Assembly (NCBI GenBank): GCA_964653635.1 | Contig: CAZZGZ010000001.1 | Span: 9,986-73,985 of the forward strand | DNA length: 64,000 bases | Reading direction: 5' to 3' | Source of the DNA: an uncultured Lachnospiraceae bacterium | GTDB lineage: Bacteria > Bacillota > Clostridia > Christensenellales > UBA1242 | Part shown: positions 36,815-45,629 of the stretch, piece by piece | Layout: each line of letters starts with the position of its first letter | How positions within the stretch are numbered: the first letter of the stretch is position 1 | Made by a program: the position numbers and the translations under genes | Notes under the pieces: generated by a model | Database searches by the model: none | Seen by the model: only the letters and a program-made list of their open reading frames with translations | What the model was told of the DNA's origin: nothing

Positions 36815-37942
36815 TTAAACCTGATATTCTGGCTCTTTGGAAGATTTGATTGATTCTTTCTTTACAGACTTTCTTTTACCATGATAAGCAATAGCCCAAA
36901 GTCCCGGTGTTAAAAAGACTGACGAATAAAATCCAGCAAGAATCCCTATAAGAATAGGAAATGCAAAATCACGGATATCACTCACACCAATAACTAATAC
37001 GAAAAATATGACTAAAAATGTTGTCAGTGTTGTGAAAATAGATCGACTCATCGTCTCTTTAACAGCACTATTTGCAATCATCTTATTAGACTTACCTAAG
37101 TATGTGCCACTTGATATATTTTCCCTTATTCGATCAAATATGATTATGGTATTATTAATCGAGTACCCTATAATTGTAATAATCGCAGCGATAAAACCAG
37201 AGTTAACTGTAACTTGAAAAATTAACATAAATGCACAGGTTACAATTACATCTTGAAATAGTGCCAAAATAGCTGCTAGTCCAGAAGTTAGATCAAAACG
37301 GAAAAATATATAAATCAAAATCAACACAAGAGCGACAAGAACTGCAATAAAAGCATTCATTAAAAGTTCGGCTGAGGCAGAAGCAGTCGTCACCCCTCCA
37401 TTTGCAACATTTTTGACAATTTTACTAAACTCATCGTCTTCCAAAATTGTGATATCAGAATCTTCGCTAACATAACCAAATTCCTTCAAGAGTGCAAGTT
37501 GAATTTGTTTATTAAGCTCTTCGATCTCTTCATTTGACATGTCATCCTGATTTTGATATCTAACAAGTACAGCATCTACATCAATGTCATTTATAGTCAT
37601 GGTTGTCTTTTGAAAAACGCTCGCTGACAAATCAAACCCTGCTAATACCTTATTTATCCTACTTGTCATCTCATTATAATCAGCATCACTTGTTATATCG
37701 AAGGAATCTGCATCTTTAAATTCAGTATTTACTTGCGAATTTGAAGATATTTGCATGAGAGAACCACCAGTGAAGTCAATACCAAGGTTAAATCCTACGG
37801 TTAAAAGAAGTATAACGGCAATTATTGCTAAAACTATTGGAGCAATAATGAACCATTTTAACTTTCCCGCAAAGTCAATATTAGATTTTTCTATTGCACT
37901 ATCTAGACTAAAATTTTGCATTAAACCATTTTTTCTTTTCAT
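36815..37942 (-). CDS. secF: Protein translocase subunit SecF
   Basis: 375-aa multi-TM ORF downstream of and abutting secD, with the SecF pattern GIDFTGGS.. and C-terminal TM bundle. Confidence 0.85.
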   Translation of the reverse strand: MKRKNGLMQNFSLDSAIEKSNIDFAGKLKWFIIAPIVLAIIAVILLLTVGFNLGIDFTGGSLMQISSNSQVNTEFKDADSFDITSDADYNEMTSRINKVLAGFDLSASVFQKTTMTINDIDVDAVLVRYQNQDDMSNEEIEELNKQIQLALLKEFGYVSEDSDITILEDDEFSKIVKNVANGGVTTASASAELLMNAFIAVLVALVLILIYIFFRFDLTSGLAAILALFQDVIVTCAFMLIFQVTVNSGFIAAIITIIGYSINNTIIIFDRIRENISSGTYLGKSNKMIANSAVKETMSRSIFTTLTTFLVIFFVLVIGVSDIRDFAFPILIGILAGFYSSVFLTPGLWAIAYHGKRKSVKKESIKSSKEPEYQV

Positions 37943-39390
37943 TAGTCCTGCCCTCCTATTATAATTTCTGGGGCATCTTTATCTTGTCCACTTTCTATAC
38001 TTACAATATCATCCTTATTATTTATCTCCCCCTGACTTTCCGTCGCTAAATTATCACTTAAAACTTTGGATGTATAGACGTGAATTTTTTTGCCATTTGT
38101 TTCATTAAATGGTAAGTACCATTTTACCAAAAATCTAGAAATGACTAAACTTGTAAACATTGAAAGCAGGATACCTATAAGTAGTGTAATCGCAAAACCT
38201 TTAATTGACGCCGTTCCTAATATATATAGTATAATTGAAGTTATAATTGTTGTGATATTACTATCGAATATTGGCCAAAATGCACGTTTGAAACCTGATT
38301 TTGATGCAAGAGAGAGTTTACGCCCCTTCTTATATTCATCACGAATTCGCTCAAAAATGATAACATTTCCATCAACAGCCATACCAAAAGACAAAATTAT
38401 GCCCGCAAGTCCCGGCAAAGTGAGTTGTACAAAGGAAATCGCCTGTAAGAAAAACATCATTAAAATCAAATAAATAACAAGTGCCACATCTGCAAGCAAA
38501 CCAAAATCGCCATATCTAAGCCACATAACAAACATGACAAGCACTATGCCAATAATCCCCGCAATCAATGCCAATTTAAGAGCATTAGCTCCCAAAGTTG
38601 CAGAAACCACAGAACTTTCAAAAACGGAAATCTTAGCTGAAAATGTGCCACTCATAAGTTGAAGTGCATACTCATTAGCCTCTTCATAAGTTTCAAAAGA
38701 ACCAGAAATAAATGTAGAACCGCCCGTAATCTGTTGTTCACATTTGAGCTGTTTAATCGTATCATCTCCTATATACACATAAATAATTTGATCCCCATCC
38801 GCTGCTGCTTGCGTAAGGTCAGCAAATTTTGTGCCACCTTCATCTGTAAAAATGACCGTAACACCATATGCTTCATCATCTTGATTGTAAGTAGCACCAA
38901 CCCTAGAGATATCCGAACCTATTATAGTCATTGATTCATCGTATGAGTCTTGAATCTCCCCATCAGTAATTGTGAGATCGTCTTCAAGTGACATATATAG
39001 GGATGTTGGCGTACCAATAAGGTTAGTTATTGTCTCAATGTTGTCAACATTAGGTACTTCGACACGTATTTTATCACTACCCTGTTTAGTTACATTAGCT
39101 TCAGAATAACTTGAAAGTACACTTTTAATTCTAGTTATAGTCGCAGAAACTGCGTCATCATCACCACTATCAATTTGATATACAATAGAAACACCCCCAG
39201 ACAAATCAAGTCCTAGCGATATTGAATTAAAAAAGCCATTGTATGTGTAATAATTTGGTAGCTCAAAAGAGCAGAATGACAAGACTAATCCAAGAACGAT
39301 AATTATACCAACTGCAACAAAATTTAAAATTGAATTTTTCTTAGAAGCATTTAGTTTGCCTTTCCTTTTCTTTGTAACATTTTTTGTCAT
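37942..39390 (-). CDS. secD: Protein translocase subunit SecD
   Basis: 482-aa ORF with LGLDLSGGVSIVYQ, a large periplasmic-type loop and a C-terminal 6-TM bundle (..GMAVDGNVIIFERIRDE). Confidence 0.85.
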   Translation of the reverse strand: MTKNVTKKRKGKLNASKKNSILNFVAVGIIIVLGLVLSFCSFELPNYYTYNGFFNSISLGLDLSGGVSIVYQIDSGDDDAVSATITRIKSVLSSYSEANVTKQGSDKIRVEVPNVDNIETITNLIGTPTSLYMSLEDDLTITDGEIQDSYDESMTIIGSDISRVGATYNQDDEAYGVTVIFTDEGGTKFADLTQAAADGDQIIYVYIGDDTIKQLKCEQQITGGSTFISGSFETYEEANEYALQLMSGTFSAKISVFESSVVSATLGANALKLALIAGIIGIVLVMFVMWLRYGDFGLLADVALVIYLILMMFFLQAISFVQLTLPGLAGIILSFGMAVDGNVIIFERIRDEYKKGRKLSLASKSGFKRAFWPIFDSNITTIITSIILYILGTASIKGFAITLLIGILLSMFTSLVISRFLVKWYLPFNETNGKKIHVYTSKVLSDNLATESQGEINNKDDIVSIESGQDKDAPEIIIGGQD

Positions 39391-39497
39391 CGAGTAACCC
39401 CTTAACGTTAAATACTAAATAATTTTACTATATTTATAAAAAAATTGTCAAGGTATTTGCAACGTTTTCAGGATTTTTTTAGGTAAGTTTAAAATCT

Positions 39498-39890
39498 TTA
39501 AAATTTTTTTAAATTTACGCATATTATGCCACAAATAGCACCAATAATACCACTAAATACTAGATCTAAAAGTAAACTTGTATCAAAACTAAATGAGCCG
39601 TTTAAAACTGAAAAGACAAAAAATGCCATAATTGTGAAGCAAAAACCTATCAAAAGACCCACAAAAAGACCATTCTCTTTAATGTGCTTAAGCCCTAGAA
39701 AAACACCTAAAAATATAGAGACGCCTTTAATAACCTGATTAACCGGTAAAATTATACTTTCAGGTATAGCTGTAAAGCGAAGTAGGAATGCAAAGGTAAG
39801 TATTAATGCCATACAAACACATAGTGAAATCACACTACCTTTGATGACTGCAAGAAAACTAGGTCTATTTTTTATAGTTCTTTCCTTCAT
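39498..39890 (-). CDS. Small integral membrane protein (4 TM), unknown function
   Basis: The start is trimmed to ATG 39890 (SD AAGGAG, 6 nt). The sequence is hydrophobic throughout. Confidence 0.55.
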   Translation of the reverse strand: MKERTIKNRPSFLAVIKGSVISLCVCMALILTFAFLLRFTAIPESIILPVNQVIKGVSIFLGVFLGLKHIKENGLFVGLLIGFCFTIMAFFVFSVLNGSFSFDTSLLLDLVFSGIIGAICGIICVNLKKF

Positions 39891-39985
39891 GGTTGACTCC
39901 TTTTGCAAATTTTATACATTTAACATATTCTATGTTACTAGATTTGCAAAAAGAACAAAAAAAAGTATATAATAATACTTTCCTT

Positions 39986-40348
39986 CTATTCTCGTGTATC
40001 AGCAAAACCCAAAGAAATTAGCATAGCCCTATTAATCTCTTGCATTTTAGCAGTATCAACACACGATACCTTTTCTTGTAAACGCATTTTATCAAGTGTG
40101 CGTATCTGTTCTAAAAGAGCAACTGAGTTTTTAGGTAAATGATATCTATCACTCGGAAGCTCAACATGTGTTGGCAGTTTCGCCTTATCAAGCCGACTCG
40201 TTATTGCACAAACTATAATAGTTGGCGAATGACGATTGCCTACATCATTTTGAAGAACTAAAACTGGGCGAACCCCACCTTGTTCACTTCCAACAACTGG
40301 GCTTAAATCTGCGTAATATATATCTCCTCGTTTTATACTGTTATTCAA
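39986..40348 (-). CDS. mazF: MazF/EndoA-type mRNA interferase toxin
   Basis: TTG start with [72 protein letters not shown] is nearly collinear with B. subtilis NdoA/EndoA. Confidence 0.9.
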   Translation of the reverse strand: MNNSIKRGDIYYADLSPVVGSEQGGVRPVLVLQNDVGNRHSPTIIVCAITSRLDKAKLPTHVELPSDRYHLPKNSVALLEQIRTLDKMRLQEKVSCVDTAKMQEINRAMLISLGFADTRE

Positions 40349-40356
40349 GTCTTCTC

Positions 40357-40563
40357 CTATTCATGTTTATAAAAATCGATAAGGTCGGCACTTTCACTTT
40401 TGACAAAATATTCATCGTAAATGTGTGCATATTTGCGTTTACTCTTTTTTAGCATTTTATGTTCTTGTGAAGATAAAGTTGACAAATAGTGAAATACTAT
40501 GTCCCCATGTTTGCACTCAAAATTTTCTACAACCTTTTCTAGTTCATTTTTCAAACTATCCAC
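40357..40563 (-). CDS. Small ORF in the antitoxin position upstream of mazF (not obviously RHH/MazE-like)
   Basis: 68 codons, GTG start with SD AGGGAG, ending 8 nt before the mazF start. The sequence (V)[35 protein letters not shown].. lacks the N-terminal beta-strand/RHH pattern of EndoAI. Confidence 0.4.
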   Translation of the reverse strand: MDSLKNELEKVVENFECKHGDIVFHYLSTLSSQEHKMLKKSKRKYAHIYDEYFVKSESADLIDFYKHE

Positions 40564-40765
40564 TAATATTATCTCCCTTTATTACTTGCAAAATTTAAGA
40601 ATTTTTTAAGAATAATGTCGCTTTTTGACGTTTATCTCAAACTTCAAAACTCCCTAAGTTTATAATGTTAAAAAAGGCAAAAAATATGCAAAAAAAACAG
40701 TCATACGACTGCAATATTTTTGTATAAATACTATTACCATTTAGTAGATAGGCATTCATCAACGC

Positions 40766-42748
40766 TTATTTATTTTTACAATTTTTATCACAATTCAGAC
40801 AATTTTTCGAACATTTTGACCTTTTCAGATACTTTATTACTATAAACATTGCAAATACAAATAAAACCAATGCGATTAATATTGCGAAAAATTTTACGCC
40901 ATACATTTCCCCTAAAAGTGCTATATTAAAAACTAAAAATGCAACTATATATGCAATTAATAATTCTATTATTATTCCTAAAAAAGTCCATTTACCCCCA
41001 ACCTCTTTTATCATTACTGAGATTGTTGCAACACATGGAAAATACAAAAGACAAAATACTAAAAAGGATAGAACTTGTGCTATACTTGCAAAATAAACTA
41101 GACTTGTAGATGTTATAATAGAGTTAGTTATTAAATTTGTACTTCCTGCATCAATACCATTTAACATTGCTATAGAAGAAACAACTATTTCTTTTGCAAC
41201 CAGTCCGGCAAGCAACGATGCAACAATCGCCCAATTATTTAACCCAATAGGTGCAAATATAGGTGCGATAAATTTACTGATACATTCCAGCATACTACCT
41301 TCAGTTCCCACATACACAAATTTAAAAGAAAAATTTGATAAAATCCAAATAATAATATTCATCGACAGCATAACGCTCGCAACTCTAACTATAAATGACT
41401 TCATGTTATCCCATAAAACTCTAATAGCTCTTTTAAGGCTTATTACCTTATAAGGTGGAAATTCAAGAATAAAGGATTGACTTTTGCTTTTTAATAAAGT
41501 TTTTTCAAGCAGACTCGAAACCACTAGTGCAACAATTACACCTAAAATATAAAGTCCTAAAATAACAAATAGGTTATCTGCACCAAAAAAAGCTCCGCCA
41601 ATAACGGCATAGATAGGAAATTTAGCGGAACAACTCATATACGGACATGCCAATGCTGTTTTGATTTTTGAGTTTTTATCCTGCATATTTCTTGCAGTCA
41701 TAACAGCAGATGTTGAACATCCAAAACCCATGAGAAGAGTGTAAACACTTTTCCCACTAAGTCCAACTTTTTCGAGAATATCATCAAATACGAATGCGAC
41801 TCTTGACAAATAACCACTATCCTCTAAACATGTTAAAAAGAAAAATAGTAATGCTATTTGAGGCAAAAAGCCTATAATAGAAAGCACCCCACCTAGTATT
41901 GCTTCATCAAATAATGCGACTAAAAAAGTCCCCGCAAACTTTGACATTATAAAAGATTGAAGTGGTGAAACGCACCAGCAAAGAAGATTTGTAAGCCCCT
42001 CTTTAAGAAATGCCCCAACCGAGAAAAAAGTTAAATAAAAGATACCTGCAAGAATACATAAAAATATGGGAAAAGCTAAAAATCTATTTAGCAGAAATTT
42101 ATCAAGCTTAGATTTACCATAAATCTTTTGTTCTTTAATCACACAAACTTTTAAAACTTCTTCAATAATATCATACCTTGCCTTCGCTGTATAACCCAAT
42201 TCTAAACACTCATTGTAAGATGATAAATTTGTAGATGAATGTAATAGAGATATTTTTTTTACAGGTACGCCATTATACTTTTCAAGATGATTAAAAATTT
42301 CATATGAAGAACCTTTATTATTAGCTGTTACAATTACTACAGGCACTCCCAACATATTTTGCAATTTTGTGATGTTAACCTTGACTTTTGGCACTTTTGA
42401 CAACTTATTTATTACTAGTGTGATATCGAATCCCTCTTCTAAAAGACATAAGGTTAAATAAAGATTTCGCTCCAAATTTTCAATATCACAAATGTTTAAA
42501 ATTTTTGCATTTTTTTGTGTTTTTAAAAACTTTATAGCAACTTCTTCATCAAAAGAATTTGCGCTTAACGAATAAATACCTGGAATATCCCATAACTCGT
42601 ATGTTTTATCTTTAAATGTACAAGTTTTACTTTTATTATCTACTGTCACGCCATGCCAGTTGCCGACATGTTCATTTGCACCAGTTAATGAATTTAAAAG
42701 TGTCGTTTTACCTACGTTTGGATTCCCAACTAATATTAATTTTTGCAT
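40766..42748 (-). CDS. feoB: Ferrous iron transporter FeoB
   Basis: 660-aa ORF with N-terminal G-domain motifs GNPNVGKTTLLN and DIPG, a polytopic membrane domain, and a Cys-rich tail CSKNCLNCDKNCKNK. Confidence 0.9.
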   Translation of the reverse strand: MQKLILVGNPNVGKTTLLNSLTGANEHVGNWHGVTVDNKSKTCTFKDKTYELWDIPGIYSLSANSFDEEVAIKFLKTQKNAKILNICDIENLERNLYLTLCLLEEGFDITLVINKLSKVPKVKVNITKLQNMLGVPVVIVTANNKGSSYEIFNHLEKYNGVPVKKISLLHSSTNLSSYNECLELGYTAKARYDIIEEVLKVCVIKEQKIYGKSKLDKFLLNRFLAFPIFLCILAGIFYLTFFSVGAFLKEGLTNLLCWCVSPLQSFIMSKFAGTFLVALFDEAILGGVLSIIGFLPQIALLFFFLTCLEDSGYLSRVAFVFDDILEKVGLSGKSVYTLLMGFGCSTSAVMTARNMQDKNSKIKTALACPYMSCSAKFPIYAVIGGAFFGADNLFVILGLYILGVIVALVVSSLLEKTLLKSKSQSFILEFPPYKVISLKRAIRVLWDNMKSFIVRVASVMLSMNIIIWILSNFSFKFVYVGTEGSMLECISKFIAPIFAPIGLNNWAIVASLLAGLVAKEIVVSSIAMLNGIDAGSTNLITNSIITSTSLVYFASIAQVLSFLVFCLLYFPCVATISVMIKEVGGKWTFLGIIIELLIAYIVAFLVFNIALLGEMYGVKFFAILIALVLFVFAMFIVIKYLKRSKCSKNCLNCDKNCKNK

Positions 42749-42975
42749 TTTTCCACCATGATGTATTTAGCCATATTGCATCTTAATGATAAACAATACC
42801 CTCGTACTTCTATAAGCATAACTTTTTTTAGCATAGAAAAATAATCGACTTTTATAGCTTGTCCAACAGTAAGACCAAGTTCTAAGAGCCTCAAATAATC
42901 TCTCTTTTCGAGTTTATCTGAAAAACCAACAATCTGACATTTATCATGTTTATTGCACTCAGAAAGGATTATCAT
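42736..42975 (-). CDS. feoA: FeoA-family small protein
   Basis: 79-aa ORF overlapping the feoB start, with an SH3-like FeoA pattern (..LRLLELGLTVGQAIKV..). Confidence 0.75.
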   Translation of the reverse strand: MIILSECNKHDKCQIVGFSDKLEKRDYLRLLELGLTVGQAIKVDYFSMLKKVMLIEVRGYCLSLRCNMAKYIMVEKCKN

Positions 42976-43106
42976 AGCAAATATTATTCAAATCTTTGCA
43001 TAAATAGACCAAGTGCAAAAAAAATTGTTAAATCATTTTGAAAAAAACAAAATATTGTGCTAAACTATAATTATAATCACTAGAAATAGCATAAAAGGAG
43101 AAAAAT

Positions 43107-43550
43107 ATGAAATGTTTTTATTGTGGCTGTGGAGAAAGTAAGGTATTAGATTCTCGTTCTACTGATGATGGCAAAGCTATTCGCAGGCGTCGAGAATGTG
43201 AAAATTGCAAACGAAGATTTACAACTTATGAAGAAATTGAGCAAGCACCAGTTTATGTCGGCAAAAAGGATAGTTCAAGACAGCCATTTATTGCTCAAAA
43301 ACTTAAAGCTTCATTAGTTATAGCATGTAAAAAAAGACCAATTACCGAAAATCAAATCAATGAAATCTATGAAACTGTTGCTACAAAAATATACGACATG
43401 CAGAAAAAAGAAGTCAGTTCCAAAACTATCGGAAGTTTAGTTCTTTCTGAATTAAAAAAATACGATATCCCTGCTTACATTAGATATGCAAGCATATTCC
43501 ATAACTTCTCTAGTGCAGAAGACTACATCAATTTTATATCGCTTTTATAA
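43107..43550 (+). CDS. nrdR: Transcriptional repressor NrdR
   Basis: MKCFYCGCGESKVLDSRSTDDGKAIRRRRECENCKRRFTTYE forms the zinc ribbon, followed by an ATP-cone. SD aaaggag is upstream. Confidence 0.9.
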   Translation: MKCFYCGCGESKVLDSRSTDDGKAIRRRRECENCKRRFTTYEEIEQAPVYVGKKDSSRQPFIAQKLKASLVIACKKRPITENQINEIYETVATKIYDMQKKEVSSKTIGSLVLSELKKYDIPAYIRYASIFHNFSSAEDYINFISLL

Positions 43551-43578
43551 AAAAATGCCTTAATGGCAATTTTTTTTA
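43551..43578. terminator. Small bidirectional terminator between nrdR and the convergent hydrolase gene
   Basis: AAAAATGCC-ttaat-GGCAATTTTTTTT. The GC core is only 4 bp, with A/T runs on both sides. Confidence 0.45.
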
Positions 43579-44508
43579 CATATTTTTTCTTAAAAATTCA
43601 TGCACTTTTTTCTCATATTCTACACCTGCTGTAGGATATGACATGGCGTGTCCAACGCCTTCTACAAAAAAATTATCACGTAGCTTTTCTGGAGTTGCAT
43701 TATACATCATTATACTATTTGTAATTGGCACAAAAGTGTCAGCGACACCATGAATGAAAAGGATTGGAACTTTTGTTTTACTACAAGTTACAACCGCATC
43801 GAACTTTTTCATATCAAAATTATAAACAGTTTTAAGATAATGATTAAATATCCATAGATTAGGAAAGTTTGGAAGATGTGCAATTTTTTGGTTAATATAA
43901 GCCATTTGCCTATAACAGTTAGAAAAACCACAGTCAGAAATTATACATTTGACATTAACTGGCAAGTTTTCTCCCGCTAAAAGGCACACAGTAGCACCAC
44001 CCATTGATAATCCAAAAAGACATATTTGAGGATTATTAAATGTTTTATTAATGAAGTCTAACCACACAAGTACATCATCCTTATCAAGCACACCAAATCC
44101 TATCATATCCCCTTCACTTTGTCCATGTGCTCTGTTTTCAACAGCAAAAACGCTGTAATTTTGGTCAACAAACAATTTGCAATATTGTTGCATTTCTTTA
44201 TAGTTAGCACCATACCCATGAATTACTACAACAAGCTTGCTCCTATTTTTTTCAATATAGTGAGCATAAAGTTTTAATCCATCGTTACTTTCTACCATGT
44301 AATCTTGAACTTTTTGCTTGTCCCACCAGCATAAGTCAATTTTAAACTGTGCCAAATTTTCACTAGTGGCTTGTTTTTTTGCTCTTTCTAATACTTTTTT
44401 ACGCTCAAAGCCCACATGAAAACAAATTCTTGCAACGAGTGCATAATAAATGAGCGACAGCAAAACTACCGCACATATCACTATTAAAATAATAGCTAAA
44501 ACTTTCAT
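43576..44508 (-). CDS. Alpha/beta-fold hydrolase with an N-terminal membrane anchor
   Basis: The start is trimmed to ATG 44508. It has an N-terminal TM, HGYG, the nucleophile elbow GLSMGG, and a C-terminal H in GVGHAM. Confidence 0.7.
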   Translation of the reverse strand: MKVLAIILIVICAVVLLSLIYYALVARICFHVGFERKKVLERAKKQATSENLAQFKIDLCWWDKQKVQDYMVESNDGLKLYAHYIEKNRSKLVVVIHGYGANYKEMQQYCKLFVDQNYSVFAVENRAHGQSEGDMIGFGVLDKDDVLVWLDFINKTFNNPQICLFGLSMGGATVCLLAGENLPVNVKCIISDCGFSNCYRQMAYINQKIAHLPNFPNLWIFNHYLKTVYNFDMKKFDAVVTCSKTKVPILFIHGVADTFVPITNSIMMYNATPEKLRDNFFVEGVGHAMSYPTAGVEYEKKVHEFLRKNM

Positions 44509-44519
44509 AATTCTCACCA

Positions 44520-45479
44520 CTAAATAATAGCCTTAACACTTTCACCAGTCTCTGAATCCTGATACGTAATCCAGTAACCAAAACCATCATTTTTATCTTT
44601 TTCTAAAGGCAACCAAAATGGATATCCAACAATCTCTTTTGGTGCATTTTTCGAAAACACTGCAGGGACTCCATAACAAACATATTTAACACAATTATCA
44701 ACTTTTACAAGCCCAAATACATAATAATCACCTGTATTTTCGTAATCAACTTTAACCCATGAGGAGTTGTCAATGATACTTTCTAGATATTCTTCATGAG
44801 GAAACTTAGTAAAAAGGTCATCTATTTGCTCTTTAAGTTTAGCATAAAAATTAGGTAAATACAAATCTTTTTTTTCATTTTCTTCTTCCTCATCAACTTT
44901 TATAGTATTATCATTATTCTCGCTTGTAGAGTTAATCCTTATCCCCTCTGCCATCTGCTCATAAAATTTTTTGTATTTACAATTTTCACAATTATAGTCA
45001 CAATTTTGTTTTGTTATTTGTGAATTTATTAAGTTTTCTATTTCATTTTTTTCTTGTTCATCATAGTCAATACCATATTCATCTAAAACTTTTGTAGTGT
45101 TTTCTAAACTTGAATCCTCATACAAATTAGAAATTATCCCTGCAAAAATGTCAGATGGATTTTGTTTCCCAGATGAGTTCCCATATAACAAAGGTTTAGC
45201 CTGCCCACCATGAACAGATACTAAGGCACAAGAAAAAGTATCTGGAATATCATTATATGAAGTTTTGAAATTGAATAAGTTTGTCCCCGCTTGTGTAAGC
45301 CCACACGTTATTACTTTGTCTTTATTTTTAAAACCCAGTGACATTATGCCTGTCGGTATCGAGCTAAAATTGTACAGACGCAATCGACCAATTACGTTAT
45401 TCAATGTTTGTTCCAAAGTCAACACAGCTTTTTGGTCAGAAGTCTCGCTATATAATACTATACTTTTTGATTTCGCCAT
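44520..45479 (-). CDS. Hypothetical protein (319 aa)
   Basis: Long ORF with an acidic middle region containing CDYNCENC and a C-terminal block YYVFGLVKVDNCVKYVCYGVPAVF..GYWITYQDSETGE. I recognise no family. Confidence 0.5.
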   Translation of the reverse strand: MAKSKSIVLYSETSDQKAVLTLEQTLNNVIGRLRLYNFSSIPTGIMSLGFKNKDKVITCGLTQAGTNLFNFKTSYNDIPDTFSCALVSVHGGQAKPLLYGNSSGKQNPSDIFAGIISNLYEDSSLENTTKVLDEYGIDYDEQEKNEIENLINSQITKQNCDYNCENCKYKKFYEQMAEGIRINSTSENNDNTIKVDEEEENEKKDLYLPNFYAKLKEQIDDLFTKFPHEEYLESIIDNSSWVKVDYENTGDYYVFGLVKVDNCVKYVCYGVPAVFSKNAPKEIVGYPFWLPLEKDKNDGFGYWITYQDSETGESVKAII

Positions 45480-45588
45480 AAAAATTCCCTTTACCTTATT
45501 AGTATATCACATCATTAGATATGAAAACACATAAGATTTTGTTAAAATTTGGCGTTAAATGTCGAAAAAATAATATAAATTTTCTAAC

Positions 45589-45628
45589 ATGTAGTAGTAT
45601 TATGTACGTAACACATACAACATATAGT
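45589..45628. repeat. Second, more degenerate copy of the palindromic element seen at 1835-1874
   Basis: atgtagtagtattatgtacgtaacacatacaacatat, immediately downstream of the tkt stop codon (45630). Confidence 0.4.
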
Positions 45629-45629
45629 T

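Noticed and set aside
42976-43106. Fur box or NrdR box in the feoA/nrdR divergent region
   Set aside because: Only partial matches are present (ATGATAATC overlapping the feoA start). No full 7-1-7 Fur palindrome or 16-bp NrdR box could be identified by eye.
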